DNA of 63,186 bases from the NCBI GenBank assembly GCA_002897695.1, contig BDTG01000013.1:1-63186 (forward strand). The letters run 5' to 3'. The notes under the pieces were generated by a model that saw only the letters and a program-made list of their open reading frames with translations, had not been told where the DNA came from and ran no database searches. The DNA is from a bacterium BMS3Abin14 (lineage in GTDB: Bacteria; BMS3Abin14). This document shows, one piece after another, positions 1-9,339 of this stretch. Position 1 is the stretch's first letter. Each line of letters begins with the position of its first letter. The position numbers and the translations under genes are program-made.

Positions 1-108
1 CTCCGGATTGTCATCAACGATCAGGGAAATGGCGGCCAACTCCTTGGCAACCTTGTGCCCCGGCATCGTGTAAAATATACTCATCTGATCCAACTGTTTT
101 TCACGCAT
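1..108 (-). CDS. Window-truncated N-terminus of a probable transposase (MREKQLDQMSIFYTMPGHKVAKELAAISLIVDDNPE), with an IS5/IS1182-type N-terminal motif
   Basis: ATG at 108 is preceded by GGAGG. The reading frame runs off the window edge. The QMSxF...LxVDDNPE pattern resembles the DUF772-like N-termini of IS5/IS1182 transposases. Assigned from memory of family motifs. Confidence 0.35.
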   Translation of the reverse strand, partial: MREKQLDQMSIFYTMPGHKVAKELAAISLIVDDNPE

Positions 109-109
109 T

Positions 110-480
110 TTCTACCTCCGGCAACAGTGTTTATTCAATAATATCAATATGTTACCGAAATAGTGCATGATAAAACAAAGGAAAATACAAACAAAAAACA
201 CACAATTTGCTAATATTATCAACAGGTTAGAGTTTACGGATGAACACTAGATATCATATCTTCCATCTCACAAGGAGTAGCCAATTGTAACGTCTCTATT
301 TGTTCAAGTTCTTCGGTTGTGAGGAAGGGAATGATGTTCATGCTTGTTATGATATAGCCAGGTGAGGGTGAACGCGAGGTGCGCAACCCGACTTCATTAC
401 GCCCACGGGATTTCTTCCGTCTTCGTTCTTTGAATTTCACTGTGACAAATCGGCGTGGCAAATTCAAATAAAAACGAGAC
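110..480. other. AT-rich (~35 % GC) non-coding tract, compositionally foreign to the ~60 % GC background
   Basis: Visible drop in GC content. Only short low-complexity ORFs are present. Confidence 0.5.
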
Positions 481-681
481 CTTAGAAGGTTGTATTTGCG
501 TCCATCGTCGCTCGCTTGAAATCCCAGACTAGGGGACAGAACGAGCTATGGGGGACACCCTTTGCTCAAAATACCTCTGTGGCCTGCCACCCGAAGCCGG
601 AAATGCCTTGATTTATATGGTTTCTGTTCGTGAGAGGTGTCCGTCTTCGCCGCGGCTCAAAACCCGGGGTAGGAAAGGTGA

Positions 682-975
682 TTAATCCCTGCTTTTGCTC
701 AGGCTTCTTAACGTTGCTATATCACCATCGATCAGGACTTCCTTTTTTCGACGGGACCAGTTCTTGAGGTGGTGTTCGCGGTCGATGGCTGTTTGTTCGT
801 CTTCGTACTTTTCTGAATATACCAACCTGACGGGCAAGTGTGCAGCCGTATGTCTGGATGCGAATCCACATCGGTGCCAGAGTAGTCGGTTCTTCAGGTT
901 GCTGGTGTGGCCAACGTAAAGAGAGCAATCTGAACATCTCAGGATGTAGACGTAGAATGAATTTGAAGGTGGCAT
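682..975 (-). CDS. GIY-YIG nuclease family protein (UPF0213/YhbQ-like). An alternative upstream start at 1026 is possible.
   Basis: Motif FYVYILRCSDCSLYVGHTSNLKNRLLWH...YSEKYEDEQTAIDREHHLKNW is a textbook GIY-YIG core. The long 161-aa ORF has an implausible N-terminal extension. Confidence 0.7.
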   Translation of the reverse strand: MPPSNSFYVYILRCSDCSLYVGHTSNLKNRLLWHRCGFASRHTAAHLPVRLVYSEKYEDEQTAIDREHHLKNWSRRKKEVLIDGDIATLRSLSKSRD

Positions 976-1169
976 GCAAAGAGTTGAGCAAGGATGGTGC
1001 CAAGAGGGAGTGAAGCCTTTTTGCATGTTGAACAAAACAACCCAGTGCCCCTCGATGCAACGCACATGCTTTCGGCGCTTTGCTCCTTTCGACAGGCTCA
1101 AGGCAGGCGGGACAACTCGACGCAGCTCGTGTCGCGCGGCAACCGCAACTTGGCCTGCCACGAGCAAAT

Positions 1170-1206
1170 AAAAAGGCCTACCTCGTTCCGAGGTGGCCTT
1201 TTTATG
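1170..1206. terminator. Bidirectional rho-independent terminator hairpin (AGGCCTACCTCG-ttc-CGAGGTGGCCT) flanked by A/T tracts, immediately 3' of tRNA-Ala
   Basis: Perfect 11-12 bp stem with T-runs on both strands. Confidence 0.6.
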
Positions 1207-1213
1207 CGTCGAG

Positions 1214-1288
1214 TGGTGGAGACGATGGGATTTGAACCCACGACCCCCTACATGCGAAGCAGGTGCTCTCCCGCTGAGCTACGTCCCC
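1214..1288 (-). tRNA. tRNA-Ala (anticodon CGC)
   Basis: Reverse complement folds as GGGGACG / D-arm GCTCAGCGGGAGAGC / anticodon stem CCTGC-TTCGCAT-GTAGG / T-arm GGTTCAAATCC / CGTCTCC-A-CCA. The G3:U70 alanine identity pair is present and CCA is encoded. Confidence 0.9.
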
Positions 1289-1334
1289 ACGATTTAAAAC
1301 AGGAAAACGAAGATAGCCTAAAAACCCGGGTCTG

Positions 1335-1360
1335 GCAAGACCGGGGGTAAAAGCACTCTC
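1335..1360 (-). terminator. Hairpin CCGGGTCTggcaAGACCGGG followed on the minus strand by a T-tract; candidate terminator for the minus-strand transcript
   Basis: Stem-loop plus TTTTT on the minus strand. Confidence 0.5.
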
Positions 1361-1382
1361 CACACCCAACCGCTCCTTACCA

Positions 1383-1475
1383 GGAGCGGGATTTCATTGA
1401 AATCAGCAGCATCTTGGGTGAGGGGATGCGACCTTCTTCGCGTCCTTTGCGCCTTTAGCAAGTCGGGTATTTTGT
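1383..1475. repeat. Copy A of a ~90-bp conserved non-coding element (CAGGAGCGGGATTTCaTTGAAATC ... TGAGGGGATGC ... CTTTGCG)
   Basis: About 75 % identical to 35627-35715. Reading frames are not conserved between the copies, so it is non-coding. Confidence 0.5.
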
Positions 1476-1590
1476 TTGACGAGCGGGCGAGAGACAGATC
1501 TCAGATTTTGGTTCCAGATCTATCCGCGAAAATCCGCGTGAATCAGCGGCTAAAATACCTTTGATCGGCGGGATCGAAGGGCACCGTTCG

Positions 1591-1854
1591 CTAATCGTTC
1601 CCGAGTTTCTCCAGCTTGTGGCAGAAGTAGCATTTGGACTTGCCCTCCGGGGCCTGGCCGTCCGGCAGGACGTGGTTCTCGGGGAGGGTCTCCGGGGGAT
1701 GGCATGAAAAACAGACAGCGTAGTCTTTGTGCTTGCCGATGTGGTCGCTGTCCCTGGGCATCTTGGGGGTGGTCTCCTCCGGGGCTATGGATAAGAAGAC
1801 AAGGATGGCGGCACACACGGCCAGGAACACGATGGTCTGCCAATGCTTTTTCAT
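1591..1854 (-). CDS. Small membrane-anchored diheme c-type cytochrome (two CxxCH motifs: CFSCH, CYFCH)
   Basis: N-terminal signal/anchor helix and two CxxCH heme-binding motifs. Paralogous to 23113-23355. Confidence 0.7.
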   Translation of the reverse strand: MKKHWQTIVFLAVCAAILVFLSIAPEETTPKMPRDSDHIGKHKDYAVCFSCHPPETLPENHVLPDGQAPEGKSKCYFCHKLEKLGND

Positions 1855-2402
1855 GGTTTGATTTCTACACTATTTGCCGGGGTTGAGGCAATAACGAGTT
1901 TGGACAACCCTTTTCCTCTCGCCCGCTTCCTGTTCAAGTTCGTTGGAGTCTGGGGCGGATAATCATCATGGGCCCTTTCTAACAGGGATTAAGGGGATAG
2001 AGGGGATAAACTCCCGATTAGTTATCCCTCCATGACCGATGCCTGTCCTGAGCTTAGTCGAAGGGTGACTCCAGTGAGCCACGCTAAAGCGTGACGAACG
2101 GGTGGTGAAATAATCTGCTTTGTCGCTGTGAGCCACTCCTTCACCCCCACCTCTGTCCTCCCCCCTCGAGGGGGAGGAAGGTTTAAGATTTTATCCGTTT
2201 CAGATGTTTGTTCTACCCCCTTCATCCCTGTTAAATCTAGGCTTCCGCCTTCGTTACCCCCCTGTTACATTCCGTGTGCTAAACTCTTTCAGTATGATTG
2301 TTCAATATTCGCGGCCCTCCGCGGCAGCGCCTGAGATTGGCGCTCTTTGCGGCCCTCCGCGATAAGGCTTGTAACTATTTGGACCACTAAAGGAGGTTAA
2401 CG

Positions 2403-3326
2403 ATGCAAATAGCTATGATTGGTCTCGGGAGAATGGGCATGAACATGGCCCGGCGTCTTATGGGGGGCGGCCACACCATCGTCGCCTACGACATGTCCAC
2501 AAAAACCATAAAGGAAATCGAGGGTGAGGGCGCCGAGGGGGCCCATTCCCTTCGGGAGGTGGTAGAGAAACTCAAAGCTCCGAGGGCCGTCTGGATAATG
2601 CTCCCGGCCGGCAAGCCGGTTGACGACACCATCACCGAGCTCAAGGGCCTGCTTTCCGAGGGGGACGTTATTATCGACGGCGGCAACAGCTACTACAAGG
2701 ACGACATCCGCCACGCCGAGGACCTGAAAACCGTCGGGATATCATACCTGGACGCGGGGGTTTCGGGAGGTATATGGGGCATCAAGATCGGCTACTGCCT
2801 CATGGTCGGCGGCCCCGAGGACAGCTACAAGCGGCTGGAGCCCGCATTCAAAACCCTCGCCCCGGAGGAAGGCTACCTGTACTGCGGAGAAACAGGGGCG
2901 GGGCACTTCGTCAAGATGGTCCATAACGGCATCGAATACGCCATGATGCAGGCCTACGGCGAGGGTTTCGATATCCTCGAAGGGTCGCAATATGGTCCGT
3001 CTCTCGACTACTCGCAGCTTTCCCACCTGTGGAATCAGGGAAGCGTCATCAGATCCTGGCTCCTGGAACTGGCCGAGTCCGCCTTTGCGGATGACTCGAG
3101 GCTCGATGCCATAAAAGGATACGTGGAGGACTCTGGAGAGGGACGCTGGACGATCCAGCAGGCGGTGGAGACGGGCGTACCCGCACCGGTCATCACCCTT
3201 TCCCTGTTTCAGCGATTCCGTTCAAGAGAGGAAGACGGCTTCTCCGACAAGGTCATCGCTGCCCTGCGCAAGGAGTTCGGGGGACATGCCGTGGTCTCGT
3301 CTTCCAGGAAGGGGAAAAAGAGATGA
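2403..3326 (+). CDS. gnd: 6-phosphogluconate dehydrogenase, decarboxylating (short ~300-aa form)
   Basis: N-terminal Rossmann motif MIGLGRMGxNMARRL and conserved GxxxKMVHNGIEYxxMQ segment. RBS AAAGGAGG is present. Confidence 0.9.
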   Translation: MQIAMIGLGRMGMNMARRLMGGGHTIVAYDMSTKTIKEIEGEGAEGAHSLREVVEKLKAPRAVWIMLPAGKPVDDTITELKGLLSEGDVIIDGGNSYYKDDIRHAEDLKTVGISYLDAGVSGGIWGIKIGYCLMVGGPEDSYKRLEPAFKTLAPEEGYLYCGETGAGHFVKMVHNGIEYAMMQAYGEGFDILEGSQYGPSLDYSQLSHLWNQGSVIRSWLLELAESAFADDSRLDAIKGYVEDSGEGRWTIQQAVETGVPAPVITLSLFQRFRSREEDGFSDKVIAALRKEFGGHAVVSSSRKGKKR

Positions 3327-4906
3327 GCGAGAATGCGGGGCACAGGGCGCGGGACGAAGGGCTTGAAAACCTCCTCGAGGGACACGCGACCACAGAGACA
3401 GCGCCCACCGGCGACAACGTCCTCGACGCTCCCCTCGACCCCTGCACCATCGTCATCTTCGGCGCTACGGGTGACCTGACCACCAGGAAGCTCATTCCAT
3501 CCCTCCTCAGTCTCCTGCGGAAGGGGGGGATGCCCGAAAGGTTCCGGATCGTGGGCTGCGGAAGAAAGGAGATGGACGACGAAAAGTTCCGCGCCATGCT
3601 CAGGAAATCGGCGGAGGAGAGCGGCAACGACCTCGATGGCTGGGAGGATTTCGCGTCAAAGCTCCATTACCTGCCGCTGACCATGGACTCGCTGGAGTCC
3701 TTCCGAAACCTTGCCCGATTTCTCGCAGAATTGGACCGGGCGGCGGATACCGGGGGCAACAGGATCTTCTACCTGGCGCTGCCCATGTTCCTATACCGGA
3801 TTGTCGCCGGCCTGCTCGGCGAGTCCGGCCTGTCGGCGGAGAATACGGAGATAAACGGCTGGTCCAGGATTGTCGTGGAAAAACCGTACGGAAGCGACCG
3901 GAAATCGGCAGCTGAACTCGACCGCACCATCCACGCCGCCTTTGTCGAGAGGCAGGTCTACCGCATCGATCACTATCTGGCCAAGGAGACTGTCCAGAAC
4001 ATCCTCATGTTCCGCTTCGCCAACACGATCTTCGAGCCGCTGTGGAACAGAAACTACATCGACCACGTGGACATCATCGCCGCAGAAACCCTCGGGGTGG
4101 AAAAGAGGGCTGGCTACTACGAAAGCTCCGGGATACTCAGGGACATGTTCCAGAACCACATGATGCAGATCCTGGCACTCACGGCCATGGAGCCGCCCTC
4201 TACATTTTCGACGGGACCGTTTCACGACGAGAAGGTCAAGGTCTTCCGCTCGCTGCGGCCGTTCCCCCTGGACGACGCCTACGGCAACCTGGTCCTGGGA
4301 CAGTATGGGCCGGGCGAAGTGGATGGAAAGCCGGCGGCTGGCTATCTCGACGAGGAGGGGGTGGCGGCAGGTTCTCTCACGCCGACGTTTGCCATGATGA
4401 GGATATTCATAGACAACTGGCGCTGGCAGGGAGTCCCGTTTTACGTCACCTCGGGCAAAAGGCTGGGGGCCAAGCTGACGGAGATCATGATCCGGTTCAA
4501 GGATGTCCCCATCACGATGTTCCGGGAAATCCTCGGAAATCCTGTTTCCGCGAACGTGCTGACCCTCGGGATCCAGCCCCAGGAGAAGATATCCCTGTCC
4601 TTCCAGACAAAAACTCCCGGGGACAAAATCCTCTTACGCCCGGTTACCATGAATTTTGACTTTCTTCAGGGATACTCGGGGCCGGTCCTCGCAGCCTACG
4701 AAAAAGCCCTGCTGGACTGCATGCAGGGCGAGAAGATGCTTTTCCTGAGGGAGGACGAGATCGACCTGACCTGGACCTACCTCGACCCGATCATCAACGA
4801 ATGCGAAGTCTGTTCGGACCGGGCGGACCACCTGAAAGGTTACGAAGCGGGAACTTGGGGTCCCCCGGAGGCGGTGGCGTTAAAAAAGCTCATGCACGAA
4901 AGCTGA
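3323..4906 (+). CDS. zwf: Glucose-6-phosphate 1-dehydrogenase
   Basis: Motifs IFGATGDLTxRKLIPSL, RIDHYLAKE and MFQNHMMQILALTAMEPP. ATGA overlap with the gnd stop indicates coupling. Confidence 0.9.
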   Translation: MSENAGHRARDEGLENLLEGHATTETAPTGDNVLDAPLDPCTIVIFGATGDLTTRKLIPSLLSLLRKGGMPERFRIVGCGRKEMDDEKFRAMLRKSAEESGNDLDGWEDFASKLHYLPLTMDSLESFRNLARFLAELDRAADTGGNRIFYLALPMFLYRIVAGLLGESGLSAENTEINGWSRIVVEKPYGSDRKSAAELDRTIHAAFVERQVYRIDHYLAKETVQNILMFRFANTIFEPLWNRNYIDHVDIIAAETLGVEKRAGYYESSGILRDMFQNHMMQILALTAMEPPSTFSTGPFHDEKVKVFRSLRPFPLDDAYGNLVLGQYGPGEVDGKPAAGYLDEEGVAAGSLTPTFAMMRIFIDNWRWQGVPFYVTSGKRLGAKLTEIMIRFKDVPITMFREILGNPVSANVLTLGIQPQEKISLSFQTKTPGDKILLRPVTMNFDFLQGYSGPVLAAYEKALLDCMQGEKMLFLREDEIDLTWTYLDPIINECEVCSDRADHLKGYEAGTWGPPEAVALKKLMHES

Positions 4907-4954
4907 TGGACTCGCAAAAAGTTTATGGCTCGCGCCCGTTGAGGGGCATCCAAA

Positions 4955-5743
4955 TCACTCCATATACTGCACGAGGAGCTGTGAGATCAGCAGGTCTTCG
5001 TCGCCGACGCGGGCGGCTGTGTGTGCCAGAAATTCCCGCATTTCGAGGCTGATCTTCCCCGGTTCAAGCGCCCCGTAGAGGGCCTGGAACCTCTGTTTTT
5101 CCTCCTCCGTGGCGGCTTCGACAAGCCGCTCCCACAATGTCTCGTACGCTATGGCAGGCCCTCTTTCGCCCGGCTTCGCCGCCAGCGCCTCCTCCAACAT
5201 GATGTCGAAGAGGAACCACGTCTGCCCCCTCTTTTTGCCCTGCATGGGATCGGCGAGGCTCCTGTAGCGTCTGTATGATCGCTCCATTACAACGTACTTG
5301 TAGCGCCTGTAAAGCCCCAGGAGGATCTCGTCCTCCACGATGCCAGGGATGACCGAGAGTACGTCCATCTCGCCGGTCACTTCCGCGATGTCCTCGCCGT
5401 CCGGAAGGGGAACCCTGCCGGGGGTCCCCTCCGCTCCGACCTCTTCAAGGTCCTTCTGAACATTCCCATCGTCCACTTCAAGGCTATCCCATTCGGTGGA
5501 GGGGATTTTCATGCGGTCGATGAGGGTTGTATGCTCCATGGCCCTGACCCCCATCTCCTCAGCGAGCATCCTGTGCCTGATGTATAATAGCCCCCTCCTC
5601 CCATTGAATCTGAAAACGTCGGTATTATCCGAGGTTTTATCGTCGTCGCCCAAGGCATCGAGGATTTCATGGAGATGGTCATGTTCCGCGACCAGATGCT
5701 GGTCGGAAAAATATTTGGGGTGAACGCTGAAAATCCTGGTCAT
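4955..5743 (-). CDS. Pyrimidine-dimer DNA glycosylase (T4 endonuclease V/DenV-like) N-terminal domain with a ~120-aa C-terminal extension of unknown function
   Basis: N-terminus MTRIFSVHPKYFSDQHLVAEHDHL parallels T4 endoV [24 protein letters not shown]. Assigned from memory. Confidence 0.6.
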   Translation of the reverse strand: MTRIFSVHPKYFSDQHLVAEHDHLHEILDALGDDDKTSDNTDVFRFNGRRGLLYIRHRMLAEEMGVRAMEHTTLIDRMKIPSTEWDSLEVDDGNVQKDLEEVGAEGTPGRVPLPDGEDIAEVTGEMDVLSVIPGIVEDEILLGLYRRYKYVVMERSYRRYRSLADPMQGKKRGQTWFLFDIMLEEALAAKPGERGPAIAYETLWERLVEAATEEEKQRFQALYGALEPGKISLEMREFLAHTAARVGDEDLLISQLLVQYME

Positions 5744-6529
5744 TTACTCGTCTCCTTCGCCCTGCCCCTTGCCGAGAAACCCTTTGAAAGCTCTCAGGAG
5801 ATCCATGGGGATAGGGAAGATGGTGGTGGAATTATTTTCCGTCGCGATTTCCCTCAAGGTCTGAAGATATCTCAGTTGAAGGGCCTGTTCGTTGCCGGAC
5901 ATGATTTTCGCCGCTTCGGTCAGTTTCGTGGCCGACTGGAACTCGCCCTCCGCGGCAATGATCTTCGCCCGTCTTTCCCGTTCCGCCTCGGCCTGCTTTG
6001 CCATCGCCCGCTGCATCTCCTGCGGCAGGTCCACGTGCTTTATCTCCACGTTCGTCACCTTGATCCCCCACGGGTCCGTCTGGGAATCGAGAATCCCCTG
6101 CAGATCGTGGTTGATCTTATCCCGCTCGGAAAGGAGGTCGTCCAACTCCACCTGACCCAGAATGCTCCTTAAGGTCGTCTGTGCGAGCTGGCTGGTAGCG
6201 TAGAAGAAATCTTCCACCTCGACAACCGCCCTGGAGGGATCCATCACCCGGAAATACACGACGGCGTTTACCTTGACCGACACGTTGTCCCTCGTGATGA
6301 TATCCTGGGGCGGCACGTCCATCACTATCAGCCTGAGGCTGATCCGCACCATCTTCTCCATGCCGGGGATGATGTAGATGAGGCCGGGGCCGCGGGCTTT
6401 GACCAGCCTCCCCATGAAGAAGACGACCCCCCTCTCGTACTCCCTGAGGATCTTGATGCCCGAGACGATGAGGAAAAGAACGATGACCACCGCGCCGGTG
6501 ACAATGGGGTTAAAAGAAAATAAAAACAT
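5744..6529 (-). CDS. SPFH/band-7 (stomatin-like, QmcA/YbbK-type) membrane protein
   Basis: N-terminal TM helix, PHB domain and C-terminal coiled-coil ([20 protein letters not shown]). Confidence 0.85.
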   Translation of the reverse strand: MFLFSFNPIVTGAVVIVLFLIVSGIKILREYERGVVFFMGRLVKARGPGLIYIIPGMEKMVRISLRLIVMDVPPQDIITRDNVSVKVNAVVYFRVMDPSRAVVEVEDFFYATSQLAQTTLRSILGQVELDDLLSERDKINHDLQGILDSQTDPWGIKVTNVEIKHVDLPQEMQRAMAKQAEAERERRAKIIAAEGEFQSATKLTEAAKIMSGNEQALQLRYLQTLREIATENNSTTIFPIPMDLLRAFKGFLGKGQGEGDE

Positions 6530-6542
6530 GGCAAATCCTCCT

Positions 6543-8006
6543 TTATTGCTCTGTGTTCACCCGTTTGACTTTCAGGGACAGCCCATCTGCCTCTGTCACC
6601 TTGACCTTCTCCCCTGACTTGATAGTTTCAGTTGAGACCGCTGACCAGATCTCTCCGTGAATCATTATCTTTCCCTCCGGGGCCAGGTCGGTGCCGGCAA
6701 CCCCCACCTCTCCGATGAGCCCCTCGATCCCGGTTGTAACCTTTCTCATTCTTATCCTGACGGCAAATCCAAGTAACACCACGAAGATGAGTACGATGAT
6801 ACCTGTCATCCCGAAGATCAGGGACAGGGAAACACGGTAGTACGGATCGGCGGAGTTGAAAAACATCAGGCTACCCAACACCAGGGACAGGATGCCGCCA
6901 ACCGTCAGCATTCCGAAAGAAACCACCTTTACCTCCAGGACAAAAAGCACCAGCGCGAACAGGATAAGAAGAACGCCCGCATAGTTGACGGGCAGGAGCT
7001 GAAAAGAAAAAAAGGCAAGGATTATGGAAATCCCGCCAAGGACGCCCGGCAGGATAACGCCCGGGTTGACCAGTTCGAAGAAGATACCGAAGATCCCGAG
7101 CAGCATGAGGAGATATGCGACGTTGGGGTCGGTGATAACAGCCAGGATCCTTCTCCGGGTGCCCATGGGCCTATCCTCAATACGTGCGCCGGAGAGGGCT
7201 ATAATACGCTTTCCGCCCGACACCGTCACCTCCATCCCCTCAATTCCCTTCAACAGTGCGTCCACGTCCGGAGCTATGAAATCCACTACCCCTTCCTTAA
7301 CGGCCTCCGTCTCCGTCGAGGAGATGCTTTCCCGGACAGCCCGCTCGGCCCACTCGACGTTGCGGCCGTTTTTAGCGGCTATTGAACGTATAAAGGCCAC
7401 GGTGTCGTTGAGAATTTTGGTCGCCATGATATCGCCCTCCGGGGGCGGCGAAGCTGCCTTTCCCTTTCCATCTTTCCCGGATTCCTTCTCCCCCTCTTTC
7501 TTCTTCCCGCCGAAAAATCCCCCTCCCCCCACTGTGACAGGGTGGGCCGCCCCGATAGTAGTCCCCGGGGCCATGACCGCAATGGGAGCCGCAAGGGTAA
7601 TGAAAACTCCTGCCGATGCGGCCCTCGCCCCCGAAGGGGCAACGTAGACCGCCACCGGAACGGGCGAAGCGAGAATGGCCTTGACGATCTGCCGCATGGA
7701 TGACATGAGTCCACCGGGGGTGTCCAGCTGAAGGATCAAAAGCCCGGCTTTGTCCTTTTCCGCTTTCACGAGCTGTTCTACGATGTAGTTTGCGGTAATC
7801 GGGTTGATGGATCCGTCGACGAAAATACGAACGACCAGGGGCGGGCTCTTATCCGCATCCTGCCCGGTAAGGACAACATCACTGTCGGCCATAAGACCGG
7901 ACGGGCGCTGTCCATCGGGAAACCAGCCGGTGTCTGGAAGAGCCAGAAAAAAGCCCAGAATGGCTAAAAAGACGATTACACGCATGCAAATTCTTCTCAT
8001 GCTCAA
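6543..8006 (-). CDS. NfeD-family membrane-bound ClpP-class serine protease (stomatin operon partner)
   Basis: Signal peptide, ClpP-like domain, multi-TM segment and C-terminal OB domain. Canonically paired with the adjacent SPFH gene. Confidence 0.85.
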   Translation of the reverse strand: MSMRRICMRVIVFLAILGFFLALPDTGWFPDGQRPSGLMADSDVVLTGQDADKSPPLVVRIFVDGSINPITANYIVEQLVKAEKDKAGLLILQLDTPGGLMSSMRQIVKAILASPVPVAVYVAPSGARAASAGVFITLAAPIAVMAPGTTIGAAHPVTVGGGGFFGGKKKEGEKESGKDGKGKAASPPPEGDIMATKILNDTVAFIRSIAAKNGRNVEWAERAVRESISSTETEAVKEGVVDFIAPDVDALLKGIEGMEVTVSGGKRIIALSGARIEDRPMGTRRRILAVITDPNVAYLLMLLGIFGIFFELVNPGVILPGVLGGISIILAFFSFQLLPVNYAGVLLILFALVLFVLEVKVVSFGMLTVGGILSLVLGSLMFFNSADPYYRVSLSLIFGMTGIIVLIFVVLLGFAVRIRMRKVTTGIEGLIGEVGVAGTDLAPEGKIMIHGEIWSAVSTETIKSGEKVKVTEADGLSLKVKRVNTEQ

Positions 8007-9322
8007 GACATCCTCGCATTGAGACCAGACACCGGAACGGCAAGCCCGTGATAATGATCCACAAGATCGGGCCCCATGCGTCTGAACGGGATCAGCACCA
8101 GGGAATCCATTTTTCCGTTTTTTTCCACCGGGGCCTTGCGATGTGTATAGATTACCACATCCGCCAACTCTTTGGCTTCCTCCGGAGAAAGCTCAGCTGG
8201 AAGGGTTTTAACGGACGTCCGGCAGCTGTAAGGAATGTTCTCCGCGGGAAAATCGGCCTCGTAGTATCGCCTCGATATATTGTACAGAAGGTGCGGGGAA
8301 CGGACTCCGAAGGCCGGTATCACTGAACTGCCTCCATCGGCATTCCACCGCCAGAAGGGCAGAAAGATCGTCTGTTTCTGTCTAACCATCACTTCCGTCC
8401 CCGCCCAGAGGCACTTTCTTTCCCGAAGTCTGGGCCCTCCCGATTCCCATCCTCGTCCGCAGTTACAGCAGAACCTTATCACCGCGGTCGTACCCGTCTG
8501 CAGATCACCGTCGCACTCGGGGCAGATAAGCGGAAGCAGTTTGAGACGGTTCTCAACCGGTGTCTGTGACTCTCCGATACCCAGATTATTTAGAAGGGTC
8601 TCCATTTCCATGTGCCCGATCTGACGTACCAGATCACCGCTGACGGCATCCAGAAGGAGCAGCCTGATCCTTTCCCCCTCCCGGACCTCCACGAGAAAAA
8701 GGGGGAAATAGAGTATGGAGTACCGCTCCCGGAGAAGGAAGGTCTTCTCCTCGATGACAAACAGGTCGGATACATCGAACCCCTCGGTGGTGTTGTGCAC
8801 GACTCTTTCGTGAAATTTCTCCCTGCTTAACTGCATAGGCAAAAAAGGGATCCCTCCGGCGTTTTCCATCGTGGCCAGAAAAAGGTGCAGGGTCTGCGCT
8901 CTGACCCCCGGAGAGAAGAGGCCAGTGGACAGGTCTGTGTGCCCTGGCCTCATCAGGTCGAAATTTCTGGTCTTGAGCTCCTCCACTGTCTCACCCCGCC
9001 GAACCTCGTCCCCCCTCTTCTCACCTGTCACCCAATGCATGGCCTGGCCTCTTGTCCTGTAGAAAGGGTAGTAAAAAGGGATAACCGACCTGATAAGAGG
9101 CGGTTTCCAGTGGTTTTGCCTGGCGATGGCAGTGATCTCAGGTGGGGTGTCCTTGACCCTGATCTTGGGCTTGATGAGGAAGTTCAGCCATGCTGAACGG
9201 CCGCCCACCACCATGAGGGAGGCACCGCAAAAGCGACACTTTGTGCCTGTGGCCTCCTGGTCGAAGACCGCTTCGCCCCCGCATTGTGGGCATTGGTGAC
9301 TGACGTAACAGGTTTTTTTCAC
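8003..9322 (-). CDS. Zinc-ribbon-containing protein of unknown function (N-terminal CPQCG..CRFCG, internal CPECDG..CCNCG), possibly a YdjG/YdjH-like partner of the SPFH protein
   Basis: Two Cx2C..Cx2C ribbons. Translationally coupled between the SPFH-ZnR gene and nfeD. Confidence 0.5.
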   Translation of the reverse strand: MKKTCYVSHQCPQCGGEAVFDQEATGTKCRFCGASLMVVGGRSAWLNFLIKPKIRVKDTPPEITAIARQNHWKPPLIRSVIPFYYPFYRTRGQAMHWVTGEKRGDEVRRGETVEELKTRNFDLMRPGHTDLSTGLFSPGVRAQTLHLFLATMENAGGIPFLPMQLSREKFHERVVHNTTEGFDVSDLFVIEEKTFLLRERYSILYFPLFLVEVREGERIRLLLLDAVSGDLVRQIGHMEMETLLNNLGIGESQTPVENRLKLLPLICPECDGDLQTGTTAVIRFCCNCGRGWESGGPRLRERKCLWAGTEVMVRQKQTIFLPFWRWNADGGSSVIPAFGVRSPHLLYNISRRYYEADFPAENIPYSCRTSVKTLPAELSPEEAKELADVVIYTHRKAPVEKNGKMDSLVLIPFRRMGPDLVDHYHGLAVPVSGLNARMS

Positions 9323-9339
9323 GTATCAGATCGCGGAGG

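Noticed and set aside
234-467. 77-aa minus-strand ORF in the AT-rich tract
   Set aside because: The N-terminal half is low-complexity basic sequence (RRRKKSRGR) with no RBS. Only the C-terminal ~35 aa could be a real peptide, and there is not enough evidence to call a gene.
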